Shown here piece after piece: positions 1-11,468 of a stretch of DNA of 64,000 nucleotides. A program made the position numbers and the translations under genes. Origin of the DNA: Minutocellus sp. GHC0000111 (taxonomy: Eukaryota); contig OZ361260.1 of assembly GCA_977018835.1 (NCBI GenBank), positions 2,108,001 through 2,172,000 on the forward strand. The letters run 5' to 3'. How positions within the stretch are numbered: the first letter of the stretch is position 1; each line of letters starts with the position of its first letter. A model generated the notes under the pieces. It ran no database searches, was not told the DNA's origin, and was given only the letters and a program-made list of their open reading frames with translations.

Positions 1-1932
1 ATGGTGAAAAATGACCAGCAGGAGTTGCTTCTGACAGTGATGAGCAAGGTCAAGGAGGAGTGGGTGGAGTGCGCCACTTCAAGTGATGTCAACAAAGCCA
101 GGTCTTTCAAGCCACTCTCTACTTGACGGTGCAAGGCTGCGCAGGATCAGGCAAGAGCTTCTTCATTAAATGCTTGGTGAACACAGTGAGGGAGGTTTTA
201 GGAGAGAAAAACGTCATCCATGTGGTTGGCCCCACCGGTGCAGCAGCATGGTCAGTGGGAGGACAGACAATGCACAGAAAGTTTGGAATAAACCCTCACT
301 CTCCATCATCTTTCCCTTCAGAAAAGCAAAGAGAGACAATGATGAAAGACAACAGAGTGACAGTTGTTTACGTGCTTGATGAAAGGAGCATGTACACAGC
401 AGACAACCTTGGGGCTGCTTAGAGGAATCTTGCAGCAACTGCTCATGGAGGAGGCCACGAAGGAGAGCTGTTCGGGGGGGTGCCCATCTTTCTGCTTGTG
501 GGGGATGACTACCAGCTGCCCCCACCACCAACAAACACACAAAAGGGGGCATTTGACACGGTTGGAGGGCAGCCTTCACACTCACAAAGGCAAACTGGAG
601 TTGCTGCATCAGGAGCACAGCTTTTTCTCGACACATCTGAAAAGTGCATGGAACTCAAGACAATCAAGCGTCAAAAGTCAGATCAGGTTGAACTCGTCAG
701 CATGCTGGGAAGGCTTCGGTCAGAGGACACCCAACACCAGCAGATGCAGACAAGCTAATGCAGTGCCACCTCACCAACTTTGGAAATGCAGAAGTGGAAG
801 CCATCACAAGCAGCACAGGAACAACCATCCATGCATCTTTTTGCAAAAAAGGCGCCAAGGGATGAGTTCAACTACCAGAAGCTACAAAAGGTGCCCAGTT
901 CAAGCAACCCAGTGGCCCTGGTGAAAACCAAGTGGGAGTCCACATCAGGGAAGGCAGCTGTCCGCAAGGCACACTTTCCAAACCCACCAGCAAATGCAAC
1001 AGTTCTTAGCAGAGGCGCCATGGTCTGCCTGGCAGACCGAAACTTTGAACCAGAGTGGGGACTCTTCAACAACAGCGTGGGAGAGGTAGAAGAAATTATT
1101 TTCGAAGAAGGAAGAAATCCAAACACAGGAGACCAACCATGCTACGTGGCAGTGAAGTTCCCTCAGAGTGCAGCGGTCCGGTCTGTCTGGGACCCCCTGA
1201 AGCCAAAGGTAAGAACTAGATTCTTGATGAATACCGAGGGGTGTTCTTTTGGAAGCCAAGCCGTGAGTCAGGTCATTGGTTGTTTAACTGCACCAGTTTA
1301 ACTCACACCCAACAACCTCCTGCCTTTCCCCCCTCATGTGAAAAGGTCGTTCCAATTCCAATGACAGCCAGCCATGATGTGCAAAATCAAGTGCTGCTGC
1401 ACAAAGCCACTTGCTGCCCACTCACACTGTCATTTGCAAAAACGTGCCACACATTCCAAGGACAGTCAGCAGGACCAGTGAGCCATGGCCAGCAACCAAA
1501 TGCGGTGGACCGGGTGATTGTGGACCCAGGAGACAAAGGAATGGAGGGAAAGAACTCAGCAGGGCTGCTCTACATGGCAGTGTCAAGAGAGCAACCACCA
1601 TATTGGCGACGATGCTAGCAACAACAGCAGTGAGCAGAGAGGGAGACGGCAAGACTCAGCAATCTACTTCACTGGGCACAACATGACTCGAAACAGAGTG
1701 CTGAATCTGACACTTAAAAAAAGATGGGTCAGAGCACCAAAGAGTGCAGTTGAGACGAAAGTTGGCATCCCGAGTGGAAGAAAACACAGTGGGGATGCAG
1801 CTGGCTGAAGGAGAAACACCAGAGACAGTGCTGAGCTGGTGCAGGAACTTCCGTGCGAGCAAAGACACCCTTGATGAAGCTGCGAGCAACTGGAGCTGGC
1901 GCAGGAACCTGAACAGAGACCTCAATTACTAG
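1..1932 (+). pseudogene. Decayed PIF1-family (SF1B) DNA helicase, probably Helitron-derived; 5' end outside the window
   Basis: PIF1 motifs occur in order across fragmented ORFs: GCAGSGKS (Walker A), PTGAAA, DERSM (Walker B), GDDYQLPP, KRQ, GLFNN, TCHTFQGQS, LLYMAVSR. Several stops and frameshifts, a probable intron at ~1209-1345, and visible CpG depletion. Confidence 0.8.
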
Positions 1933-2300
1933 CAAACCAAGACAAAATTCAATTGAACACCAAATGAACTCAATGAGAAACGAGTGCTATGAAGTGGTGT
2001 GGCAGGCTCTTAAAAGACACAAACTACATGCTTACAAGACTTAGTTACTTGTTTAACCCTAATGCTGTGCACCATCCCTCTCAAACGAAGTGGTGTATCA
2101 TATGAATATTCATGTCTGTATGTTTTTACTTTCAATTTTCCTACATCGCCCTGAACTAGCGGCTAAATCGGCCCTTAGCGGAACCCGGAGTTGCTGGGAA
2201 TTAGAGGCCGCCCGGGCCCATTCCAAGAGAGCGCGGGCAGGTAGGAGGCGGAAACATGCTACAATAGTTCTTCTGTCGCGCCATATTCTCTCGCGAGGCT

Positions 2301-3852
2301 ATGGTAGGATACATTGCCGTGTGTCGACAAACTTACTTCCGGCGGCTCGCCAAATTAAATTATTTGTTGCAACATGTTGGCGTTTGACACCAAATAATAT
2401 TTGTGTGGCTTGGGACTTTTATTGGCTCTCTTCAATCAAAGAGACCTGACCCGTCCCTATCTTGTTATTTATGCAATGCGAACAAATGGGCAGGCTAAGA
2501 AAAAGGGAGGCAAGAAGAAGAAAAAGCCGGCACAAACCAAGCCTGCCGATGGCACTGCGGCGGCTACCGCCGATGATACCAACAACAATAACGAAGAAGC
2601 CGCCCCTCCCGCCACAGAGGAGGAAGGAATGACCCCCACCGCCACGGATGCCGGTGACGAAGAGGCCGAAAAGGCTGAGGAGGGAGAGGAGACGACCCCT
2701 GAACCCGCCGATACAGGTAAGGAAGCTGGCGGTGATGACACCGGCACCGCTGGTGAAGACGCAGATGAACCCACCAAAACAGAGGAAGAAGCAGTTTCCG
2801 AAGAATCTGAAGAAAAGACAAATGAATCACCGGACGATGCCGCTGGAGATTCAGAGCCAGCCAAGACAGAGGCTGAGGCTGACGCTGACGCTAACGCTGA
2901 GACTGTCGAAGATTCCCAGCCGGAGGAGACAACTCAACCCGAGGAGGAGACGACGGAGGACGCTCCAGCCCAGGACGAAGCTCCCGTAGCTACCGACGAG
3001 TACAAGGAGGAAACTCTTGCAGAGGATACGGCCGCAAATGAATCCGACAAGGCCGATAGTGATGATGCCAAGGACGAGCCAGGAAAAGAGGATGAAGCCA
3101 CACCGGAAGACGATGATGTCGATGCGACCAAGGATGCCGACGACGAAGCTGCCGAGAAAGAACGTGCTGCCGCCGAGGCCGAGGCGAGGGCTGAAGAGGA
3201 GCGTATCGCGGCTGAGAAGGCCGCTGCCGAAGAGGCCAAGGCCGAAGAGGAACGTCTTGCGGCTGAGAAGGCCGCTGCCGAAGAGGCCAAGGCCGAAGAG
3301 GAACGTCTTGCGGCTGAGAAGGCCGCTGCCGAAGAGGCCAAGGCCGAAGAGGAACGTCTTGCGGCTGAGAAGGCCGCTGCCGAAGAGGCCAAGGCCGAAG
3401 AGGAACGTCTTGCGGCTGAGAAGGCCGCTGCTGAAGAGGCCAAGGCCGAAGAGGAACGTCTTGCGGCTGAGAAGGCCGCTGCTGAAGAGGCCAAGGCCGA
3501 AGAGGAACATCTTGCGGCTGAGAAGGCCGCTGCCGAAGAAGCCAAGGCAGCGGAAGAAAAGGCGGCCGCTGCTGAAGAGGCCAAGGCCGAAGAGGAACCT
3601 CTTGCGGCTGAAGAGGCCAAGGCCAAGGAGGCGCAAGCTGCTGCTGCTGCTGCGTCCGATGACTCTGGCCCGAAGCAATTTTATTCCCTGGAAGAACTGA
3701 AAACCCCCATTGATGGTGTTGACTTTGCAGCACGTGAGCAGTGGCTATCGGAAGATGATTTCCAGGCCACATTCTCGATGACCAAGGATGAGTTCAAGGA
3801 GTTGAAACAGTGGAAGCGAATAGCTCTCAAGAAGAAATGCGGACTCTGGTAG
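2301..3852 (+). CDS. Acidic, E/A/K-repeat protein with a C-terminal villin headpiece domain
   Basis: ORF 2401..3852 ends in 'REQWLSEDDFQATFSMTKDEFKELKQWKRIALKKKCGLW', the villin headpiece pattern. Start uncertain: possibly ATG 2301-2303 spliced (gt 2304..ag 2493) to AKKKGGKKK, or ATG 2477. Confidence 0.8.
3190..3620 (+). repeat. 51-bp coding tandem repeat, about 7 copies plus degenerate ends (AEEERLAAEKAAAEEAK)
   Basis: Unit gccgaagaggaacgtcttgcggctgagaaggccgctgccgaagaggccaag recurs at 3190, 3241, 3292, 3343, 3394, 3445 and 3496. Confidence 0.95.
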
Positions 3853-4018
3853 GCCGTCTTGTCACACATGATATGGTGTAATAAGCACCACACATGAGCG
3901 CACACAGTGTAATATGCGTATCTAATTCAATGTTTTGCTACGTAGTTCTGATAGGTCAGCCGTATTTTTATGTCATTAGTAAAATTCGCTCTCCGCTCCA
4001 ATGTTTTCGTGGATATAT

Positions 4019-5221
4019 TCACTTCAAACGTTCAATAATTTTTGCCGATGCACCACCGCCACCATTGCAGATAGAAGCACAGCCAATCGAGGCATCGGAA
4101 TGCTTCAGAACACTGCAGAGGGTACCAATGATACGGCTGCCAGAGCAACCGATCGGGTGGCCCAATGCCACAGCCCCACCAAAAACATTCACTTTGCTCG
4201 GGTCCAGATTTAAGATCTTCATGTTGGCCAGAGCAACAACAGAGAATGCTTCATTAATCTCATGATACTCCACGTCTGTTTCCTGCAAGCCTGCATTCTT
4301 GAGAGCTACAGGAACTGCCTTCGCTGGCGCGGTAGTGAAGTCAACGGGCGCCTGTTCTGCATCTCCATAGCCAAGTATACGTGCCAATGGCTCAAGTCCA
4401 AGCTCCTTCGCACTCTCCTCCTCCATCAGAACCATCGTCGCTGCTCCATCATTGATGCTGGATGCATTTGCGGCTGTGACTGTGCCACCATCCTTTTGAA
4501 AGGCAGGTCTTAGCGACGGAACCTTCTCAATCTTCAGGGCACCAGGTTCCTCGTCGTCAGACACAACCACTGGATCACCCCTTCGCTGAGCAATTTCAAC
4601 CGGAACGATCTCTTCCTTGAAATATCCAAACTCAATGGCCTCCTTTGCACGGTTGTAGCTTTCAACACAGTAGGCGTCCTGCTCCTCTCTTGAGATGGAA
4701 TAATCACGTGCGCATTTTTCGGCACATAATCCCATGTGCTGATCATTATAAGGATCTCACAAGCCATCGCAAACGAGACCGTCGATCAATTGTGTGTTTC
4801 CGAGGCTTGTCCCGGTTCTAGAATTGCGTAGATAATGAGGGATGTTCGACATTGACTCCATACCACCTGCGATGATTGCCTGGTTCTTACCGATCGATCC
4901 TGCCGCAACCGCTTGAGATCCCAACATTACCGATTTCATACCCGAAGCGCACACCTTGTTGATGGTGGTGCAGACCGTCGACGCTGGCAGGCCAGCACCG
5001 AGGATAGCTTGACGACAAGGGGCTTGCCCGATGCCAGACGAGACGACGTTGCCCATGTAAGCTTCGGCAATCGTGAAGGGCAGCTGATCGGCTGAACCGG
5101 ACGCCTTGGAAAGCGCTCCCTTGATCGCCGTTGCTCCAAGCTCCGGGGCTTTTACTGAGCTCAGCTTCCCCAGGAATTTGCCGATTGGGGTTCTTGCAAA
5201 CGAAACGATGACGGTGGGCAT
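4019..5221 (-). pseudogene. ACAT1: Acetyl-CoA C-acetyltransferase (thiolase II) with one in-frame TGA at 4757-4759
   Basis: Motifs RTPIG, NKVCASGM (catalytic Cys), GGMESMS, NEAF, GHPIG and CNGGGG. The two track ORFs share one frame: DGL*DPYNDQHMG. Confidence 0.9.
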
Positions 5222-5500
5222 GCTCCTTGATCTATTCTCTCGATGGTATCTTTTGACCGATGCTCGTGATATTGTTCTTACCAATCCGACAACATACACC
5301 TCCGGGTCTTCTGTGCCGATGTTGCGTTGCGCTGCTTCGTCGCTTCGGTAGGATTTCCTAGCTAGCTAGCGGTAGCCTACCGCTAAATCTATTGTTTCAA
5401 TTCAAAGAACAAAGGAATTAGATGAATAGCTACCGTACCATAGGTGGAGTTTTTTAGAATTTATGGTACCGGTGCGTGTACCGCCGCCGGTAAGCTCTCA

Positions 5501-8500
5501 TCACAACTTCGGTGCCACCCCTCCACTTGCTCCTAATCCAGCAAGACCGCCAACACCACCGACACTCGTCACACCACCGCCACCGCCACCACCACCAGTA
5601 GCAGGACTTAGCAAGTTTTTGACAAGATAATCACTGATACGCTTCTCCATATAGACCCGATCGCGAAGACGTCGCGGGGAATGTCGCTCATCGGGGAAGA
5701 TCAACAACTCGTACTCCTTACCTGCTGCGATGAGTCGATTGATCAGACGAGCCGTGTGCCGAAAGTGGACATTTTCATCAATCAACCCATGGACGATCAT
5801 GAGCTTACCCCTCATATTGGGTACATGGTCAAAAATTGCAGATTCGTTGTATCCAGATTCGTTTTCAGACGGAAGGCCCATGTAGCGCTCAGTGTAATGC
5901 GTGTCGTAGCCGTCCCAGGAAGTTACAGGGGCACCTGCAACGGCAACGTGAAAGATATCGGGGGCTCGGACTAGACACATGGTCGAAAGATAGCCACCGT
6001 AGCTCCAGCCATATATACCGACACGAGTTGCATCGGCAATGCCTAGCTGGACGAGATGACGCACTGCGGCTACCTGATCAAGGACTTCGAGACGGCCCAA
6101 TCGCTTTCGTATCGCACCCTCAAAGGCAACTCCCCGACGAGAAGAGCCACGATTGTCGCATTTGACGACAGCAAAGCCAAGAGATCGAAGGTGCTGAGCG
6201 CGCATATCAACGCTTTGGCTCCATGATCGATTTACTCGTTGAACATGGGGTCCTCCGTACACTGCGCATACCAAAGGATATGGACCAGGTCCGAACAACA
6301 TCGGGTCGGGCTTGTAGAGGGCAGCATAGAGAGTTTCTGTGCCATCGGGCGTTGGAAACGACAATATCTCTGGAGCAGACAAACTAGGATAAAGACCAGA
6401 CATGCCCAGACCACCTCGGTTCACGATGCTGGCGAGTTTAGTTGGGATGAGCTGCATCTTATCACCTGCCTTTGCTTCGTAGCATACAAAGAGGAGCCTC
6501 ATTGCTTGCAGTTGCGATGGGTGGTTGGAAGACTGCGTTACAGAATCATCCTTCCTCTTCTTTCCAGATTCAATTTCTGTCTCGGAAGATGAGGCAAATG
6601 GCCCACCTACTGGTAGGGCATAGACACAAGTTCGAGTTGGTGTATCCAGGTCGGAGCAGGTATCGACGACAAGACGACAGGCCTTGTCCATCACAACACT
6701 GTGCATTCCTGACCCACTGGTGAGCTTGATTGGATCGGGTGGCTTTGGACCAGGGATTCCAGCGAGTTTGAAGGCAGCATCAGCCTTTTCCTCTGCAGGG
6801 CTCATAATCTCTTCTGTTGAAAGTACCACATCATCAGAACGACTTCTTCGAAAAGGCACATGCTTTCGCCAACGCCCAACGCCCGATGGCTCGGTCTCCG
6901 ATCCTTTGTCTTGTCGTCTCGCAACTGTACCCAGGAGTGGCAGGGCATAAAGGTGTCGCTGCAAAGGGCTTTCGTATGTGCCTGTAATGTAGACAACATC
7001 GTTTATCACGTCAACGCCAACGATCGACTCAACTATCCACGGGCCCGCAGAGATAGCACGCAAAAGAATGGCCGACGTGTCGATCTCTGGCTCGAATGCG
7101 CCATTCTCATCGTCAGAATTATCACCATCTGTTGTCGATATGTATTTCTCTGTCCCTGCCACATGAGTGTAAAGGTAAAGGTGCGAGTAACCAGTCCTCT
7201 CCGACGCAAAGAGGAAGGAGAAGGAGCCTTCGGGTAACTGCTTGGGAATGTTTGACATTTTAGATTCGGCAATTTCACCTCCAACTTCATCTGGGTGGAT
7301 TGCTCGAGGCAAAACCCTCATCATGTGGTGTAGATTGATCCATACGTCGCTGTATTCCTTGTGCAGGACGCTTGATTTGCCCGTGATCAAGTCCAACCGC
7401 ACCAAAAGTAGCAGCGCTTGGTTCCGGTCCTGCCACTGGGCACAAACTGTCCCATCAGGAAGCCAATTAACCCTAGCAAGATATTCAGATGCCAGACTGG
7501 GGGGATCAAACCATTTCGTTGCGTTCCAATTTGCCCGGGCTTTTGCCAGCACTTGGCGAGAAAACATTTCGCTGCTTTCGTCGCCACTCATATCATTGCC
7601 ATCGTCCATGAATAGGCCATCGTGGAGCACTGGTCTTGATACGCTTCCTGGAACATAGCTCCGATCAACCTTTACATATCCAAGACGAACAACTGGATTG
7701 GCCTCCCCAGCAAAGGGGTACCTATGATCTTCATATGGTGCGTCGCTCGATGCGCCTCCCTCTTTGCCTTGATGTGTGATTCGAAACGGTGGAATATCGC
7801 TCTCATCAACTCTCGCAAAGACGATTCCCGATGAAGATGGGTCCCACCAAAAACCACGATATCTATCCATTTCTTCTTGGGCGACGAAATCTGCAAGGCC
7901 GTGTGTGATGGAACGAGGATATCTCCGTTTTTCCTTGCCGTGAGGTACCTTTCGCCGCCGGCGGCCTTTTGTATGACGCTGCATCCGACTAGCTTGGCCT
8001 AGAGATTCTCCCACACCAACATCATAAATTTCGGTATCTGAAAGTTCATCTGTTCCGGTGTCAGAAATATAAGCTTCCTCTTCGAACTCACCAGAAGAGA
8101 ATCCATCGTCATCTCCCTCCTCTTCGTCGTCATCTCCAACGACTGCGCCAAAAGTGATCCGGAGAGGTATCATCGGGGAAAATACTTCATCACCATTGCT
8201 GGCCGAGGTAATTGAGGTGTCAATATCCATCTTGCTTGTGCCTCCCTCACCATCGCTTCGGCTGCAATAGTTGGAAGGAGTCTGGTCTGCTTCGCATCCC
8301 AACACATAGATTTCACCTGCAACAACAAAAGCTACCATAGTTCCATCAGGACTAAGCTGTGGGTCGATGGCTCCAAAGTCCTTAGCATGAGCAGCGGCGG
8401 CTGCAGAATACTCCTCAGAATCTCTTCGTCTTCGTCGAGAAGTTTTTTGCTCTGCAGCTTTCTGCAATGTTGATTTGTCGTAAAGGATGCGGAGACCACC

Positions 8501-10414
8501 CTCTGCATCTGGCCCGATTCCGTCTTGAACGTAGATATTGCCTCTGTGAGGAACAATGATTCGTACTGTTTCCTCATCATTATTATCCACTCGCCGAGAC
8601 CAACCGAATTGTGTAACTCCCGAAGAGTGTAATCGTTGCCGCTCTCTGCGAAGTCGTTCCGCTAGACTCAGACTGTGATCTGATCCTCCCTCTTGCAGTG
8701 ACATTGCTGCCGCAGATCGGGATGCTGAATGCTCTCGCCGTTTATGTCTATGCGCATGTTCCGTGGCCAAGGTGGGACGCTCGTGCATGGTCTTATTGCT
8801 GGAGATGCTGTTTCTTTGACCCGACTTATCAGAACCATTTCGCATTCCCAGCTTTTCGGGCGACAAAGGGCGGCAGGGTGGCATGACTGGGACTGAAAAG
8901 GTTAGATTCAACAAAGGTTCGGCGTATTGCTGTGATATGATTCGCGGATCTGATATGGGCAGAAATGGTGTGGGTGCTGATGCGCAGCCTGCCTCCGAAC
9001 CACTACTACTCTCTATTGGACGCTGCTTGGCAAAGTCTACAACGACCTCTCCTTGTTTCGCAAAGTCCACCACCACCTCTCCTTGTCGCGCCGCTCGTTC
9101 TGCATCTTCGTTATCCTCTTCCATGTGATCGTCATCTTCATCGTAGTAGTCGTGATTCGTCGCCTTTGAAGTTTCGACAAGTAATTGCTTTTCATCTCTT
9201 CCTTTGTCAATTTTAAAACCAAATCGCGATGCATAATACTCTTCCTCTTCTCTCCGTAGCTGTCGAGTGAAGGGTTCCAAGTCAATTACACAGAGCTTTC
9301 GTTCAGTTGCTGTTGCGGCGGAGCCCGCTGCTGACGTTGCCTGCTGCTGCTGCTGCTGCGCTTTATTGCTCGATGCCATTGCCGACTTAAGTGGCGGATT
9401 AACGTTCCGTGGCTGACTTGCAATCATTTTAGCCATCATATCGCTGCTGCTGCTGCTGATGCTGCTACTCGTTCCACCACCACCGGAAGCGCTCAGAAAG
9501 GACAGGTATCGCCCCCCCAGGCTCCCCTCTTTTGATTCCGGGTCAAATGGTGCATAAGATGGGCCATCCAAGGCCGGGCACGCTGGGCTAAAGCGAAATG
9601 ATGCTGGACCAGAAAGACCTGGCGGAGGCAAAGCTGCTAGGGCGGCCGCTGCGCTAGTCGCAGCGGTGTTGATACTAGTACCTGACGCCTGGGCCGACGG
9701 CGATGCAGAGGAATACGCTCGACCGTCCGCGCTGTCGGCACTGATGTCATTCTGCGCTGCTGGTGATATATGAGACGTTTGTGTTTGCGTGTGCTGGCTT
9801 TGTTGTGATGATTGATGAGGAGATACCGCCGCCGCCGAGCCACTGCCATTCCTCGCCATTACCGGTGCAACTGGAGCCACCGCTGGCAACCCTTGCCTTG
9901 TTGGTGTCGACTGTGGTGCTGGTCGAGAATCATCTTCTCCGCACAATACTGGCTCTCCAACCATCATCTCATCCCTGTCCAATGCCCCTTGCTGCTGTAG
10001 TTGTTGCTGCCTTGATACTCGACTTCGATACGATCGATGGTGATGGTGATGATGATGGAATCGATCGGGTTGCGGTCGGATCGGTCGATTCGGGCTGGTC
10101 GATGCGGTTGCTGCCTCCTGTTGATGATGTGCAGCCCCACTGAACCCAATGAGTCTATCGGAATATTCAGACGACCCAGGCGCCGTGGCAATCGGCCGAT
10201 CAGCCTCACCACCGAGACTGACCGCCGCCATCGCAGCGGCGGCGTTGGGAGCCGAAGAACTGCTGTCCGATTCTGGCGAGGGCGGCTGCCGTTCGCTGTT
10301 GCTGTTGCTGCCGGTCGTATCTGCACCACCGGCACTAGCACCGGCGGCACTCACGCTGCTCTTCGCGCTACTACTTGGCCTCCTCCCACCGAGAAGCGTT
10401 CCCATTACACCCAT
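5501..10414 (-). CDS. Dipeptidyl peptidase IV / DPP8-9-like (S9B) with long low-complexity N-terminus
   Basis: 1637-aa open frame with QEEMDRYRGFWW, YPFAG, VYGGPHVQ, GWSYGG (nucleophile), DENVH and the ERH catalytic His. Confidence 0.92.
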   Translation of the reverse strand: MGVMGTLLGGRRPSSSAKSSVSAAGASAGGADTTGSNSNSERQPPSPESDSSSSAPNAAAAMAAVSLGGEADRPIATAPGSSEYSDRLIGFSGAAHHQQEAATASTSPNRPIRPQPDRFHHHHHHHRSYRSRVSRQQQLQQQGALDRDEMMVGEPVLCGEDDSRPAPQSTPTRQGLPAVAPVAPVMARNGSGSAAAVSPHQSSQQSQHTQTQTSHISPAAQNDISADSADGRAYSSASPSAQASGTSINTAATSAAAALAALPPPGLSGPASFRFSPACPALDGPSYAPFDPESKEGSLGGRYLSFLSASGGGGTSSSISSSSSDMMAKMIASQPRNVNPPLKSAMASSNKAQQQQQQATSAAGSAATATERKLCVIDLEPFTRQLRREEEEYYASRFGFKIDKGRDEKQLLVETSKATNHDYYDEDDDHMEEDNEDAERAARQGEVVVDFAKQGEVVVDFAKQRPIESSSGSEAGCASAPTPFLPISDPRIISQQYAEPLLNLTFSVPVMPPCRPLSPEKLGMRNGSDKSGQRNSISSNKTMHERPTLATEHAHRHKRREHSASRSAAAMSLQEGGSDHSLSLAERLRRERQRLHSSGVTQFGWSRRVDNNDEETVRIIVPHRGNIYVQDGIGPDAEGGLRILYDKSTLQKAAEQKTSRRRRRDSEEYSAAAAAHAKDFGAIDPQLSPDGTMVAFVVAGEIYVLGCEADQTPSNYCSRSDGEGGTSKMDIDTSITSASNGDEVFSPMIPLRITFGAVVGDDDEEEGDDDGFSSGEFEEEAYISDTGTDELSDTEIYDVGVGESLGQASRMQRHTKGRRRRKVPHGKEKRRYPRSITHGLADFVAQEEMDRYRGFWWDPSSSGIVFARVDESDIPPFRITHQGKEGGASSDAPYEDHRYPFAGEANPVVRLGYVKVDRSYVPGSVSRPVLHDGLFMDDGNDMSGDESSEMFSRQVLAKARANWNATKWFDPPSLASEYLARVNWLPDGTVCAQWQDRNQALLLLVRLDLITGKSSVLHKEYSDVWINLHHMMRVLPRAIHPDEVGGEIAESKMSNIPKQLPEGSFSFLFASERTGYSHLYLYTHVAGTEKYISTTDGDNSDDENGAFEPEIDTSAILLRAISAGPWIVESIVGVDVINDVVYITGTYESPLQRHLYALPLLGTVARRQDKGSETEPSGVGRWRKHVPFRRSRSDDVVLSTEEIMSPAEEKADAAFKLAGIPGPKPPDPIKLTSGSGMHSVVMDKACRLVVDTCSDLDTPTRTCVYALPVGGPFASSSETEIESGKKRKDDSVTQSSNHPSQLQAMRLLFVCYEAKAGDKMQLIPTKLASIVNRGGLGMSGLYPSLSAPEILSFPTPDGTETLYAALYKPDPMLFGPGPYPLVCAVYGGPHVQRVNRSWSQSVDMRAQHLRSLGFAVVKCDNRGSSRRGVAFEGAIRKRLGRLEVLDQVAAVRHLVQLGIADATRVGIYGWSYGGYLSTMCLVRAPDIFHVAVAGAPVTSWDGYDTHYTERYMGLPSENESGYNESAIFDHVPNMRGKLMIVHGLIDENVHFRHTARLINRLIAAGKEYELLIFPDERHSPRRLRDRVYMEKRISDYLVKNLLSPATGGGGGGGGVTSVGGVGGLAGLGASGGVAPKL

Positions 10415-10610
10415 GGTCTCTCAATACTAGCCTACTGGCGGAGGAAACAGAGAGGCGGTCAATAAGTCAGTCTACAGTGTTGATGGTGGAGCGGAGCGAG
10501 CGAGGGGCTCTGGAGCGGAAAACGAGATTCGATTCCTTTCTGATGTCATTCAGATACAGATTCTTTCTTGGCACAGCTCGCATTACGAAGCGAAGGTAGG
10601 TAACGCCCGC

Positions 10611-10660
10611 TACCTAGGTACCTAGGTACCTAGGTACGCTACTACTAGACGTACATGTAG
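10611..10660. repeat. Palindromic TA-punctuated tract, (TACCTAGG)x3 plus TACATGTA
   Basis: tacctaggtacctaggtacctaggtacgctactactagacgtacatgtag read directly; similar tracts occur in many other intergenic spacers. Confidence 0.85.
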
Positions 10661-10847
10661 CGCTGGGGCATAGAGAACGTGCCACAACGCAACTGGAACA
10701 TTCGTCACGAGAGCAATGCTAATGCATAATCGGCCTTATCAAAAGCGTAGAAGGCCCATCTGCATGGGCACGGCTGCTGGTTGTCAATTGCCGGGGATTC
10801 GCCGGCCGGTACGAGCAGCAGCCCAAAGACCACCACGACGTTCGTCG

Positions 10848-11467
10848 ATGCACTGCTGCCGATGCCGGACCTTGAACGGCCTGTTGGCACTCTGCATCGT
10901 CATCTTCTTACAATTACTCATCCCTCCCATCTCGGCTGCAGCGGCCGGTGAGTTACCTAAACCAGACACGGCGCATTGCATAGGAGACAAGGAAAATCCG
11001 GGAAAGTTTGGATGTGCGGAGTCTGGTTGGACTTCAGGTGCAATTCCGCGCAATTTGGGCGTTCGACAAAGAGTGGAAGGGTCGGAGGCAGAAAAAAGGA
11101 TGATCATAATGACAATGGTCAAGACGGAGAGATACTACGACGAGGAGGTTCCCCTGATGCCCAAGGATGTTCAAGAGAATTGGTGAGTGTGATACTCTAT
11201 GTGATTCGCACGGGGCTACAGCTCTATGTGCTCCTCCCCATTGTCTTCACTTATTCACATCACAAATTATGCCTTATTCCTCCTACCTAATACATGTATT
11301 TTGCACTCTTTAGTATAAACCGGGATTCTCTATGCGCATACTGGGCCAGCCTGGGAGATTGCGACACCAACCGGCAGTATATGGTCGATACTTGTCCCGC
11401 TGCATGCCAGCTGTGTTGGTTGGCAGGAACCGATCTCCTTCATAAAAATAGTTCCATCAAAAAATGA
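10848..11467 (+). CDS. Secreted ShKT-domain protein, 2 exons (intron 11183-11313)
   Basis: Signal-like LLALCIVIFLQLLIPP. Splicing tg|gtgagt..tag|t gives CINRDSLCAYWASLGDCDTNRQYMVDTCPAACQLC (6-Cys ShKT). Confidence 0.85.
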
Positions 11468-11468
11468 A

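Noticed and set aside
3190..3620. CRISPR-like array
   Set aside because: Contiguous 51-bp coding tandem repeat with no unique spacers, in a eukaryotic gene.
2851..3772. Long antisense and alternative-frame ORFs over the repeat
   Set aside because: Shadows of a stop-free repeat whose unit is a multiple of 3.
9028..9090. 30-bp tandem duplication in DPP (QGEVVVDFAK x2)
   Set aside because: Real, but an in-frame duplication in a disordered region with no evident wider meaning.
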